From: a virus
Lineage: Duplodnaviria; Caudoviricetes
Length of the DNA stretch: 64,000 nucleotides
Strand: one strand, 5' to 3'
IMG/VR virus record: IMGVR_UViG_3300009873_000008
Location: 1-64,000 of that record
Of this stretch, positions 35,433-44,296 are shown in pieces. Every line of letters starts with the position of its first letter. The stretch's first letter is position 1. The position numbers were made by a program, and so were the translations under genes. The notes below the pieces were generated by a model, which worked only from the letters and a program-made list of their open reading frames with translations, did not search any database and was not told the origin of the DNA.

Positions 35433-35792
35433 ATGGAGAAGGATCTCAGGCCGGGCGCGAAGGTCTTCTGGATTCCGAAGAGCGAGGCAGCGCAGCAACT
35501 GCTCCAACAGGGGGCTGGTGGCCTCAGCATCCAGATTCAGGGCTCGGTCGGAACCCGGGACAGCCTACCGGAAGACGTGAAGAAGCTGCTCGCCGAGGGC
35601 AAGGGCGTCCGTCGTCAGGGAGTCGTCGACAAACTGATCGACGAGAACACCGTGCGCCTGATTCTGTGCGACACCTACGACCACGTGTGGGCGCACCCGA
35701 GCGAGGTGGAGCCGATCGACATGGTCACGCTGATTGCCGACATGGAGAACTCCAAGTCGATCGAGCAGCAGATGGCCGAGATGGACGACTAG
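35433..35792 (+). CDS. SH3-like protein with tag (DMVTLIADME)
   Basis: PGAKVFW...GVVDK...VR....VW..PSEVEP; GAGG RBS. Confidence 0.7.
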   Translation: MEKDLRPGAKVFWIPKSEAAQQLLQQGAGGLSIQIQGSVGTRDSLPEDVKKLLAEGKGVRRQGVVDKLIDENTVRLILCDTYDHVWAHPSEVEPIDMVTLIADMENSKSIEQQMAEMDD

Positions 35793-35795
35793 CGA

Positions 35796-36374
35796 GTGCA
35801 TCCGTCGGAACCATACGACGTCTACTGGTTCTTCCGCCCGGACCTGCAACTCAGCGTCGTAGGGATCGTAATCGCTTCGCAACCTCATCGGGTCTACACC
35901 GGACTCCAACGCGAGCCCTTCGATCTTTTCCATCGCTCATTCTTGCTCGCGCCTTTCGACATCGTGGAGCGCGTGGGCCTTCTCAATAGGCACTGCTCGT
36001 TCTGCATAACTGGCGGTCGTCTGCGCGCCAGAGCGACGAAGGGCCACGACGAATACGGCAACCCACTGACAACCGAGTGGGACGGGTGGGAATGGTCCGA
36101 CGGGTCTGCTCGGCCGAGACCCGAATTGCCGATGTGCTGGTGCATGTTCTGGCAGATCGTCGGCGGCACGGCGTGCGCAAACGACTGCGTAGTGAAGTTC
36201 ATCAGTAAGACGAGCAGCACAAACGCGACCGACTTCCAATTCACCGAGCAGTCGGGAAGCCGTATCGCCAAAGGTCGTCCCCGTTCTCGCCAACGTCCAC
36301 TCTCTCGGGACGAGGCGGCGGCCCGGCGCCAGCGAAGTCAGATGCTGAGTCGTCGTCCGCCTCGGGCCCGGTAG
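35796..36374 (+). CDS. Hypothetical Cys-rich protein with internal tag (DIVERVGLLN)
   Basis: 3' end overlaps the convergent HTH gene by about 130 nt; 3' boundary uncertain. Confidence 0.5.
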   Translation: MHPSEPYDVYWFFRPDLQLSVVGIVIASQPHRVYTGLQREPFDLFHRSFLLAPFDIVERVGLLNRHCSFCITGGRLRARATKGHDEYGNPLTTEWDGWEWSDGSARPRPELPMCWCMFWQIVGGTACANDCVVKFISKTSSTNATDFQFTEQSGSRIAKGRPRSRQRPLSRDEAAARRQRSQMLSRRPPRAR

Positions 36375-36675
36375 CCACCACAGGCTTCGTAGTCGTAGCC
36401 TCGGGCTCGGGCTCGGGCTTCGAGTCGTCCGATTCGTCCGATTCGTCCGAGGCGCTCGGCGTCAACTTCGCGTTGTCGGGCAACTTCGCGTTGCAGATGA
36501 TCGCCAGAGTCTCTTCGGGTTTCATCGCGAGCACCTTCAAGAGCGCCGCGGCGACCGGGGGGATCTTCTGGCCATTTTCCCAACGTATTAGTGTGGCACG
36601 ATTTATGGAAAGTCGATCGGCCAGCTGCCTCTGGGTGAGCCCGGTACTTAGGCGAGCCCGCAGCGCCAGGTTCAC
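36241..36675 (-). CDS. XRE-type HTH protein with an acidic low-complexity tail
   Basis: RARLSTGLTQRQLADRLSINRATLIRWENGQ. Confidence 0.8.
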   Translation of the reverse strand: MNLALRARLSTGLTQRQLADRLSINRATLIRWENGQKIPPVAAALLKVLAMKPEETLAIICNAKLPDNAKLTPSASDESDESDDSKPEPEPEATTTKPVVATGPEADDDSASDFAGAGPPPRPERVDVGENGDDLWRYGFPTAR

Positions 36676-37025
36676 TCGATCGAGCCGATCTGATCGATGA
36701 TCGGAAAGTCGGGCGTGCGCGCGACGATCGGCTTCGCTCCGGGCGACTTGGGCACCAAGACGAAGTAGGACTCCTCGAACTCGTCCTCGCCCACGATCGC
36801 GTGATCGTGGATCTCCAGCAGCAGCCCGCGGCTGTCTGGATGCAGATAGAGACGACGCTCCCAGTAATCCTCGCCCGCGCTCCAGTTGATGCCCTCGATG
36901 CTGCTTTGGATCTCGGCGTGATTGAGACCATCCCCGAGGCGCTGCCGCCGGTAACGCGTCTCGCGCAGGTCGAGGAGCCGGAGCAGTTCGCGAATGTCGA
37001 GCGCTTGCGACTGATCGCCTGGCAT
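36672..37025 (-). CDS. Hypothetical protein with C-terminal tag (PIIDQIGSIE)
   Basis: ATG 37025 is 6 nt after GGG-TAGAAC. Confidence 0.65.
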   Translation of the reverse strand: MPGDQSQALDIRELLRLLDLRETRYRRQRLGDGLNHAEIQSSIEGINWSAGEDYWERRLYLHPDSRGLLLEIHDHAIVGEDEFEESYFVLVPKSPGAKPIVARTPDFPIIDQIGSIE

Positions 37026-37084
37026 GCGCAAGTTCTACCCGTTTACCGAGACGGAACGGAGCGGGGTATCACAGGGTTACGCCC

Positions 37085-37621
37085 ATGAACACGACCATCG
37101 TCGAATCGACCTGTCCCAAGACCTCCGGCAACCAGAAGAAGTACCCCTTCGTGCGCTTCAGGGAGAGCCGCACAGTTGACGACTCGGCCTTCTTCGTGTT
37201 CACAGACGGTTCGAGCCTCGGCGCTTACGCTGCTGTGATCGCGCGGGGCGCCGAGATCGTAACCGTGGGCGGATTCTCACCGCCGACGCACACACGGAAC
37301 GTGGGCGCCGAACTCCGGGGCGCCAAGCTGGGACTGGAGCACGTTCCCGATGGCGCACGAGTGGTGCTCGTCTTCGATTATCTCGGCGTGGGCGCCTGGA
37401 TGACCGGCAACTGGCAAGCCCGCGACGTCGAGGTACAGGAGATCACCGGTCAGATCAGATCGATCATCAAGACCAAGTGCCTCGATGTTGTGTTCGTCCA
37501 CCACCGCGGTCACCAGAAGCCGCGAGACGAACTCGACCTCTTCACGCGCTACAACGCGGCAGCCGACGCGCATTGCTCGAAACTAGCGAAGGCCGCCAAG
37601 GGGCAGACCGATGGCCGGTGA
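37085..37621 (+). CDS. RNase H-like protein
   Basis: FTDGS, N...EL.GA..GL, FDY.G...W..G.W.A, HHRGHQ, N..AD..S acidic catalytic pattern. Confidence 0.8.
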   Translation: MNTTIVESTCPKTSGNQKKYPFVRFRESRTVDDSAFFVFTDGSSLGAYAAVIARGAEIVTVGGFSPPTHTRNVGAELRGAKLGLEHVPDGARVVLVFDYLGVGAWMTGNWQARDVEVQEITGQIRSIIKTKCLDVVFVHHRGHQKPRDELDLFTRYNAAADAHCSKLAKAAKGQTDGR

Positions 37622-38081
37622 GTCCAACCACCGTTCGCTGACGGCAGACGAAGTGTTCGACAAGTTGACCCAGGAGGCACAAGCGTCGGTGCCCCAGTAC
37701 CACGGTTCGGTGCAGGACAAGCTCGACGCGCTGGAACGGTTCGGCAACGCGACGCTCAAGCTGGTAGCTTCCATGCGCGGCGGGGACCACGACGCCAAGA
37801 TCGCGCGGTCGGCTAGCGAAGCGGCCGAGGCGGCCGATGGAGCAGCGGAGGCCATCTTGGCGCTGATCGACGCGATCAACGCAGCCAAGATCCAGCGAAA
37901 GCACCCGGGCACCGCCGGGGTGCCGGCGCTCGAAGCGCTGTACGATCAGGCGCAGACCCTCAGCAACAACCTGGCGAAGTACTCCCTCTACTTCGAGAAG
38001 CTGGTCCCCGGATTCGTCGAGCGAGTTGCCGATCTGGACAAGACACAGAGCGAGGAGGAGAGCAATGACCTCCCCTTCTGA
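37611..38081 (+). CDS. Hypothetical helical protein with near-terminal tag (GFVERVADLD)
   Basis: 156 aa, high GC3. Confidence 0.65.
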   Translation: MAGESNHRSLTADEVFDKLTQEAQASVPQYHGSVQDKLDALERFGNATLKLVASMRGGDHDAKIARSASEAAEAADGAAEAILALIDAINAAKIQRKHPGTAGVPALEALYDQAQTLSNNLAKYSLYFEKLVPGFVERVADLDKTQSEEESNDLPF

Positions 38082-38352
38082 GACCCCCGAGGAAAGGCAC
38101 GTCGCCGCTCTCGTAGAGGTGCTCCGCCTCAAGCCTGGCGACATCGTGCTGGTGAAGATTCCCCTGGGCAGCCTCCCGCCGAAAGATCGCAACCACTACA
38201 CGGATCAGTTCAAGCAGGTGCTGCGCACGTTGCTCGACCTGGGCGGCCACGACAAGGTTCAGATCGCGATCGTCGACAAGGGTATCGACTTCTCAGTGAT
38301 CGAAGCAGCTGCCGAGCTTTGTCCGCCGGGTCCGCCGTCTAGTTCGTCTTGA
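38065..38352 (+). CDS. Hypothetical protein
   Basis: GAGGAGGAG RBS; LRLKPGDIVLVK. Confidence 0.65.
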   Translation: MTSPSETPEERHVAALVEVLRLKPGDIVLVKIPLGSLPPKDRNHYTDQFKQVLRTLLDLGGHDKVQIAIVDKGIDFSVIEAAAELCPPGPPSSSS

Positions 38353-38710
38353 TGTATCCGAGCCAGCACTTGTTGGTGACGTGCTGCATGAAGCGGACGC
38401 CGCGGTGATCGGTCCGCGGATCTCGACACCACAGACCCCAGAGCAGCTTCGCCTGGTTGGGCGTGACGTCCGTCACAGTTGGCACCCAGTGGTGCCAGAA
38501 GGTCGCGAGTAGGGCGACGTGCTCGCGCTTGACCAGATGATCCCAGCCCGGCTGAATCTCCGTCTGCCCCGACGTCGGTGACTGCGCCGGGTTCGATGCC
38601 GGTGGCCCGACGGTCACATGAATGCCGTCCGGCTTCATCTGGATCGACACGTGGCTCGGCGTCGCAATAGAGAGGGTGAGCTTCACATCGTCACCGTTTC
38701 GGGGGAGCAT
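38339..38710 (-). CDS. Hypothetical protein
   Basis: Trp-rich C-terminus; start uncertain (GTG 38683 possible). Confidence 0.5.
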   Translation of the reverse strand: MLPRNGDDVKLTLSIATPSHVSIQMKPDGIHVTVGPPASNPAQSPTSGQTEIQPGWDHLVKREHVALLATFWHHWVPTVTDVTPNQAKLLWGLWCRDPRTDHRGVRFMQHVTNKCWLGYIKTN

Positions 38711-38722
38711 TTTACCGCTCCG

Positions 38723-38989
38723 CTACAGATCCCCGCCATGCCAGTCTGGAAAGCCAAGCTGTGCGTCGCGGGCCCACGCTCGCCACGTATCGATGTGAGT
38801 TGTGCAGCGCGAGCGCTGCCCGTAGTTGGTATCCCGTCGATAGGAAACACCGAGACCGATGGAAAGCGGGTGGTCGTCCTCGTCGAGAACCACCAACGCG
38901 AGCACGCGCACGACTTCGTCTCGGTGGTGCAGGACGTCGCCTGGCGCCGGATCGACCCGGGGGTTGCGATCGTTGACTAGCGCGTTCAC
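38723..38989 (-). CDS. Hypothetical phage protein (DPxPGD...WRxWARDA type)
   Basis: GTGA coupling to the dcd stop. Confidence 0.55.
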   Translation of the reverse strand: MNALVNDRNPRVDPAPGDVLHHRDEVVRVLALVVLDEDDHPLSIGLGVSYRRDTNYGQRSRCTTHIDTWRAWARDAQLGFPDWHGGDL

Positions 38990-39585
38990 GCGCGAGGCAG
39001 GACGACCTCTGGTCCCTGACCTTGGTACTTGCCGGCACGATCGGCGTAGGACACGCTGCACGACTCGCCCCGGAAGAACAGGCACTGGGCGATGCCCTCA
39101 TCCGCGTAGACCTTGACCGGCACCGGCGTCGTGTTGGAGATCTCGATGGTGACGTGACCCTCCCAGCCCGGTTCGAGCGGCGTCACATTCACCACGATGC
39201 CCACGCGTGCATACGTGGACTTTCCCAAAACCAGTGCCATCACGTCGCGAGGCATCTTGAAGCGCTCGACCGAGTAGGCGAGCGCGAAGCTGTTGGGCGG
39301 AATGACGCACGCGTGCGTCTTCTTGCGAATGAACGCCGCCGGGTCGAGGTTCTTCGGATCGACCAACTGGCAGTCGGCGTTCGAGAAGATCAGGAACTGA
39401 TCCGCCACGCGGATGTCGTAGCCGAAGGACGAGAGCCCGTACGAGATGACCTTCGACGAGTCGTGTACTCGCACGAGCGCCGGCTCGAAGGGCGAGATCA
39501 TCTGATACTCGTTCGCCAGACGAGCGATCTCGATATCGTTCAGAATGCCGTTGTGGTTGACCGTCACTTGTGAAACTGCTCCCAT
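38986..39585 (-). CDS. dcd: dCTP deaminase
   Basis: [39 protein letters not shown]...GKYQ.Q. Confidence 0.95.
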   Translation of the reverse strand: MGAVSQVTVNHNGILNDIEIARLANEYQMISPFEPALVRVHDSSKVISYGLSSFGYDIRVADQFLIFSNADCQLVDPKNLDPAAFIRKKTHACVIPPNSFALAYSVERFKMPRDVMALVLGKSTYARVGIVVNVTPLEPGWEGHVTIEISNTTPVPVKVYADEGIAQCLFFRGESCSVSYADRAGKYQGQGPEVVLPRA

Positions 39586-40073
39586 TCTTCGTCGTCGTAG
39601 GCACGGCCGCTCGGATGGTGCGGGATCCCACGAGCAGAATCGCCGCATGAGCAGTCGCCGACGAACTTCCCGCAGCCTTCGCAGACCGCGCTCCGGCGAG
39701 AACCGTAGCGCGGCTCGTAGTACATGATGCCGCCCTCTTCGGCCATCGACATCCTAGACTTGGGCGCGGGCTCGTCCGGCTTGTTCGCGTCCTTGGCCTC
39801 GGCAATCGAAGTGACGCCGCGGCCCCAGAGTGCGCCCTGGATGAATCCGAGCCAGCGCATCACCTTCTCGCGCCGGCCTTCCTTCAGCATGCGCTCGGCC
39901 TCGTCACACATGAACACGAGGTGCTTGGCAACGTCCGGTGGGTCGAGCGCGTTGATCTTCTGAGTCATGTCCTCCGGCGAGAGGCGCACAGGCGGCCAGG
40001 TGCCCTTGGGCCCTTGGACCTGGGCGCGCATCTTGTGCAGCGCCTCGACGATCTTCTGGTCGCTCATCGGCAT
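39564..40073 (-). CDS. Hypothetical protein ([10 protein letters not shown] type) with a C-terminal zinc ribbon
   Basis: [15 protein letters not shown]; CEGC...CSC. Confidence 0.65.
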   Translation of the reverse strand: MPMSDQKIVEALHKMRAQVQGPKGTWPPVRLSPEDMTQKINALDPPDVAKHLVFMCDEAERMLKEGRREKVMRWLGFIQGALWGRGVTSIAEAKDANKPDEPAPKSRMSMAEEGGIMYYEPRYGSRRSAVCEGCGKFVGDCSCGDSARGIPHHPSGRAYDDEEWEQFHK

Positions 40074-40471
40074 GTGTTCAGTACCTCGCGCAGCAGCCAC
40101 TCGTAGTAGTCCTGGTAGAGCGCGTTCTCCAGGATGTCCTCAGCCGTGGTCCAGTAGGGCGTGGTTCCGGGTTCTACCTCGCGAGGCAGCTGGTCCCCGA
40201 TGTCCGCTTCGTAGGCCAGGCAGAACCAGTCGGGACCGCCGTCCTTCGGCTGGCTCTTGTGGATCATGCCGCCGAGACGGCGCAAGGACTTGGCTTCCAG
40301 CCCGGTCTCCTCGGCGAGTTCCCGGCGCGCGGCCTCCTCGGGTGTCTCGTCGCCTTCGATCTTGCCGCCCGGCATCGAGAAGCCGCCCCAGCGCCGGTTG
40401 GTCACGACCAGGAACTTGTCGCCGCGACGAACGACCAACTCGACTGATGCTCGAAAGAGACGTGCGCTCAT
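40064..40471 (-). CDS. NUDIX hydrolase
   Basis: Nudix box PGGKIEGDETPEEAARRELAEETGL. Confidence 0.95.
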   Translation of the reverse strand: MSARLFRASVELVVRRGDKFLVVTNRRWGGFSMPGGKIEGDETPEEAARRELAEETGLEAKSLRRLGGMIHKSQPKDGGPDWFCLAYEADIGDQLPREVEPGTTPYWTTAEDILENALYQDYYEWLLREVLNTCR

Positions 40472-40686
40472 CCGAGGAGCGTCCGCTTGGTGGTATCGGG
40501 CGCGGCGCACGAGCACACGAGCACGGATGGCGAGTTGTAGCGCTTGCAGCCCGGACACTGCCATCCGGTCGGAACCGAATCGGAAACCGGAACCGACGGA
40601 CCGATCACGGTCGTCACCGACTTGGCGAATGGGCAATTCACCGCGTGACTGCCGTCGGTCATGCCTCCGCACGTGCAGTGGTTCAT
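40468..40686 (-). CDS. Small zinc-binding protein
   Basis: CTC..H..NC; GWQCPGC...NSP....CSC. Confidence 0.55.
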   Translation of the reverse strand: MNHCTCGGMTDGSHAVNCPFAKSVTTVIGPSVPVSDSVPTGWQCPGCKRYNSPSVLVCSCAAPDTTKRTLLG

Positions 40687-40789
40687 CGAGTCCTCGGGTA
40701 TAACGAATGCGACGACCTCGGTCGTCTGGTGGAGGGCCCCGCGCCCCAGGACACACCCGCCGAGAAACACGGCGGGTGTTGTTCTGTAC

Positions 40790-41161
40790 CTACGACCTCG
40801 GACCTCCGTCGTAGCTCTTGGCGAGACCCAGTGAGACCAGTTCGGCGTTCAGCACCTTCCGGCTTCCACCATCGACCATGATGATGGTGCCGATCCATCG
40901 ACCGTACTTGTCCGTTGAGTAGGGCTTGTCCGTCTGCACGACGAACGTGCGGCCTACGACCGAAAAGAGCGCCGCGTGGACGTGATGCTTGGCAGCGTTC
41001 GCTCGATTGCGTTCCTCGGGATCGGACGAGTTGAGTTCCGGCGTATCGATGCCAGCGAATCGGAGGATCTCGGTCTTGTGGACGTTGAGCCCGAGATCGA
41101 TGTCGAACTGGGCCGTGTCGCCATCGATCACGCGAATCGGGGTTGCCTTGTACTCGTACAC
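40790..41161 (-). CDS. Thermonuclease (SNase-like) family protein
   Basis: RVIDGDT, LRFAGIDTPE, DKYGRW. Confidence 0.9.
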   Translation of the reverse strand: MYEYKATPIRVIDGDTAQFDIDLGLNVHKTEILRFAGIDTPELNSSDPEERNRANAAKHHVHAALFSVVGRTFVVQTDKPYSTDKYGRWIGTIIMVDGGSRKVLNAELVSLGLAKSYDGGPRS

Positions 41162-41169
41162 GGCGAGCC

Positions 41170-41916
41170 TCAGATGTCTCGCATCGAGATCCGGTCCTTG
41201 ACGTAGTCGCCCTTACCGTAGGGCTGACCGTCCCGATCGAGGAACGCCACTTCTCCGGTCTGCGGGTTGTACGCCTTCCCCTTGGGGATTCGCAGCGCCG
41301 CTGCCGGGTTGGCCGGAGGCGCTGCTTGGGGGACCATCATCGGCGCCTGGCCGGGCGTCATCCACGGGCCCTGCTGCGGAGGTTGTGAAACAGGGATCGG
41401 CATCTGCCCGTAGCGCTGCCGAACCGCACCACAGCCCCCCGGATCATGACAGTCGGGCGTGGGACCCTGGAAGACCGGCACCGCGCCACAGCCCTGACAG
41501 AACGCAGCGAGGTTCGGATCCGCGCCGACCGCGGCGGCGGCAGCCTGGATCATGCCCATCCCGCCTGCCCCACCCGGCGCAGCCATCACGGCGGCAGACT
41601 GTGAGGGGTGGTTGGGCTCGACCTCCTTCCGCCAGCGGACCGCGAGCACGACCTCGGCGTCCTCGGGGATCTCCGCGTTGTTGGCTCGGATCAGGTCGAG
41701 CAGAACGCTTGCCGGGAACGGGGTCCGCCTCCCCTCAGCGTTGCTGTCGTCCACGACGACCTGAATCGAGAGTCGACGCGGATCGATGTCGACGTGCTCG
41801 CTCGGATCGTCTGCGACCAGTAGCTCGGCAAGCTCACGGAGTGAGACCGTGACTGCGTGGTCCTCCAGCGTGACGACCTTGGCCGTACGAACGTGCTTCA
41901 TTGGATCTACGCTCAT
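41170..41916 (-). CDS. Hypothetical protein with a Pro/Gln-rich region
   Basis: GG-TAGAAG upstream; 248 aa. Confidence 0.6.
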   Translation of the reverse strand: MSVDPMKHVRTAKVVTLEDHAVTVSLRELAELLVADDPSEHVDIDPRRLSIQVVVDDSNAEGRRTPFPASVLLDLIRANNAEIPEDAEVVLAVRWRKEVEPNHPSQSAAVMAAPGGAGGMGMIQAAAAAVGADPNLAAFCQGCGAVPVFQGPTPDCHDPGGCGAVRQRYGQMPIPVSQPPQQGPWMTPGQAPMMVPQAAPPANPAAALRIPKGKAYNPQTGEVAFLDRDGQPYGKGDYVKDRISMRDI

Positions 41917-42098
41917 GTTGGACACCTTCTACCTTCGACCGGTGACGCGCGCACTGGTGAAGACCGTGGAGGGAATGTCCCTCAGTGTCCCACCACCGTT
42001 GGCCACTGGATTGAGATAAGTCGGCGAGCCGTAAGGCTTACCGGCGTCTACTTGGATAGACTTCAGTGGCCGTCTCGTCAACTTGAGCTTGGACTTCT

Positions 42099-42500
42099 TC
42101 ATCGGGTGTCCTCGGCTCCGTGCCGTTCAATGAGCTTCTTGACGACCACTTCGCGCAGAAGCAGCTTCTTGTGGTGGACATCGACGGTGCTCGGCTGGTG
42201 CTCATCGTCCAACGCTGCAATGCGATCCACGACCGTCACGCGTGCGTTGAGAAGATCCTCGGCCAGCGCCATGAACGACGGCTCGCGACTCTCGGACGCA
42301 AGCCGAGCGACCTCCATGGCAAGCAACCTGACCCCCATTGGGTATTCGTAGGCCCTTCGCAGATCGAGCGTGCTGGACGTGTCGTCCCAGGCGTGTTCGA
42401 TGACCGACCGGACCTGGGCCGGAAGGTTGACTTGCGCGGCAGGACGAACGAAGGTCAAGCGGAATCTTCTGGCCACCACCGAATCCAGTCGGAAGATCAC
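42099..42500 (-). CDS. Hypothetical protein with tag (TVVDRIAALD)
   Basis: Start uncertain; coding-like 3' two thirds. Confidence 0.5.
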   Translation of the reverse strand: MIFRLDSVVARRFRLTFVRPAAQVNLPAQVRSVIEHAWDDTSSTLDLRRAYEYPMGVRLLAMEVARLASESREPSFMALAEDLLNARVTVVDRIAALDDEHQPSTVDVHHKKLLLREVVVKKLIERHGAEDTR

Positions 42501-42522
42501 ATGGATAAGGTAGAACACGACC

Positions 42523-42933
42523 ATGAGTGAGCGGAAGCCCATTTCCATCGACTTCCTCATCCCCGGAACTCCAGATGCCGCCAAGGACGAGATCGACCGC
42601 AAGCTAGAAGACCTGGAGCGGCAGATGGAAGCCGCGGCGCAGGAGCGACTGAAGGCGCAGGAGCAAGCGGAAGGCGCAGTTCTCCAGGCCGTCGGTCAGG
42701 TGGACGAGGATGATCCCGACCGCCTCCTGGAAGCCCTGGTTCAGAACATGAAGGAGACGGGCGAGCTACCGGCCTCGGCAGACGACAAGAAGAGTCCCGA
42801 CGACGTGGTGAAAGACATCGCCAATCGGGCGAAGACCGCAAGGCACAACGCACACCTCACGCAACTGCGCATGATCGAGATGGAACGACGTCGCCAACGC
42901 CGGGCGGCGCGGGAAGGAAAGGGAAAGAAGTGA
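42523..42933 (+). CDS. Hypothetical coiled-coil protein
   Basis: ATG 6 nt after GG-TAGAAC. Confidence 0.7.
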   Translation: MSERKPISIDFLIPGTPDAAKDEIDRKLEDLERQMEAAAQERLKAQEQAEGAVLQAVGQVDEDDPDRLLEALVQNMKETGELPASADDKKSPDDVVKDIANRAKTARHNAHLTQLRMIEMERRRQRRAAREGKGKK

Positions 42934-43388
42934 AGCAGCGAGCGCCGAAGGACAACAAGCCGCCCGAGATCTCGGTGGTCTCTCAGTCTCCTGGCCAGCC
43001 GCCGCCGGGAGAACTCGCAGTCGGCTGGGTCGAAGTGGGCGCCGGACCATGCGCCGACGAAGTGGTGCGAATGCGGAACTTCTCGATGGGTGTGTTGGTC
43101 GCCGTCGTGAAGCAGGTACGAGGGTACGCGAGCACCTCCGTCGTCGGTAGCGATCCTCGCGAGGGGAACAAGGTCGTGGTCAAGTCGGAGACGACGGTGT
43201 CGCTGTCCTACGTGTCGGGCACGCACCTCTCGGTCGTACCGATGCCGCCGATGCCCGGACCTACCCTTGAGAACGCGCCTGCTGTGGCCAGTCCCCAGGT
43301 GAGTTCGGCTCCGTCCCCCGAGAGCGGCGCTTCTTCGCCGGAGCCCGCTCCGGCGACTGCCGACGCTGGTGCCACTGAGACCCGATGA
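42930..43388 (+). CDS. Hypothetical protein
   Basis: GTGA coupling. Confidence 0.6.
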   Translation: MKQRAPKDNKPPEISVVSQSPGQPPPGELAVGWVEVGAGPCADEVVRMRNFSMGVLVAVVKQVRGYASTSVVGSDPREGNKVVVKSETTVSLSYVSGTHLSVVPMPPMPGPTLENAPAVASPQVSSAPSPESGASSPEPAPATADAGATETR

Positions 43389-43524
43389 GCGCCTGCGCCT
43401 GCCTGGCGTTCATGTTTCCAGGCAGCGCGTCCGGGCCAGACTGCGCCGACGGCTCGGCCAGATGGCGAGTCCACCACGGGTTGTTTGGGAAGTGCTCCAA
43501 CACGATCCGGTCGTAGAGGCTCAC
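43261..43524 (-). CDS. Possible small protein
   Basis: GTG 7 nt after TACAAT; 3' end overlaps the convergent gene. Confidence 0.35.
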   Translation of the reverse strand: MSLYDRIVLEHFPNNPWWTRHLAEPSAQSGPDALPGNMNARQAQALIGSQWHQRRQSPERAPAKKRRSRGTEPNSPGDWPQQARSQG

Positions 43525-43570
43525 GACCAGAATTGTATCCGATGACCATCATCGTTGGTACAACTCACCT

Positions 43571-43969
43571 GTGACCGAGAAAGCACTGGCCTGTGAACGC
43601 TGCGGACGACCGATTCCGGTCTTTCCGCTGTGGACCGCCCTCTCACGAAGGGCGAGACTGTCGTGCTCCGACTGCGGCCACCAGGTGACTCGGGACTACC
43701 TGACGGCGCGCGCCGAGATCGACGAGATGGCCAAAGCGATGTTGGTGGCCTACGGCCAGTTGGTCCAGTTCGGATGGGTCAACTACGACTCGCTGGCCAA
43801 CGACGGAGTGGTCGGCAATCCGCACTCGATCGGCGGATTGCTCAGTGGACTCGCGCGCGCTGGGTTGATCCAGCGCGCGGAGCCCGTTACCAAACTGGGT
43901 TCACTCGTAGATCCGAAGCCCGTGTTTGTTCCGGGACCGAGGTTTCCCGCCGCCAAGGCGGCCGGCTAG
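43571..43969 (+). CDS. Zinc-ribbon plus winged-helix-like protein
   Basis: CERC...CSDC; IGGLLSGLARAGLIQR; GTG 6 nt after GG-TACAAC. Confidence 0.65.
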   Translation: MTEKALACERCGRPIPVFPLWTALSRRARLSCSDCGHQVTRDYLTARAEIDEMAKAMLVAYGQLVQFGWVNYDSLANDGVVGNPHSIGGLLSGLARAGLIQRAEPVTKLGSLVDPKPVFVPGPRFPAAKAAG

Positions 43970-44250
43970 CGGCGCTGGCGGATCCTCTCGAAGGTCTTCT
44001 CGCGAACGAAGTCGAGCAACCGATCGTGCTCGTTCAGCGAGAAGACGTGGATCGTCCTGGAGAGTGGTTCGTTGGGATCCACGTCTTCGGACTTCTTCTC
44101 CTCGGAGAAAGCCCGGGAGGGGTCGTAGCCTTTTCCGTCGGACTCGTCGGACTCCGGTGCCATCTTCCTGGCGAACAGCGCCTCGACGACGATCCACCCG
44201 TTCTCGGCCTCTTCGATCGAGAGGCACCGCTCGTACGTCGTGTGCATCAA
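43966..44250 (-). CDS. Hypothetical protein
   Basis: IEEAENGWIV motif; GAGG RBS. Confidence 0.6.
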   Translation of the reverse strand: MMHTTYERCLSIEEAENGWIVVEALFARKMAPESDESDGKGYDPSRAFSEEKKSEDVDPNEPLSRTIHVFSLNEHDRLLDFVREKTFERIRQRR

Positions 44251-44296
44251 CTAAACCTCGGCTGTCGAATGTCCCAGATGGCTGACCTAGACGCGA

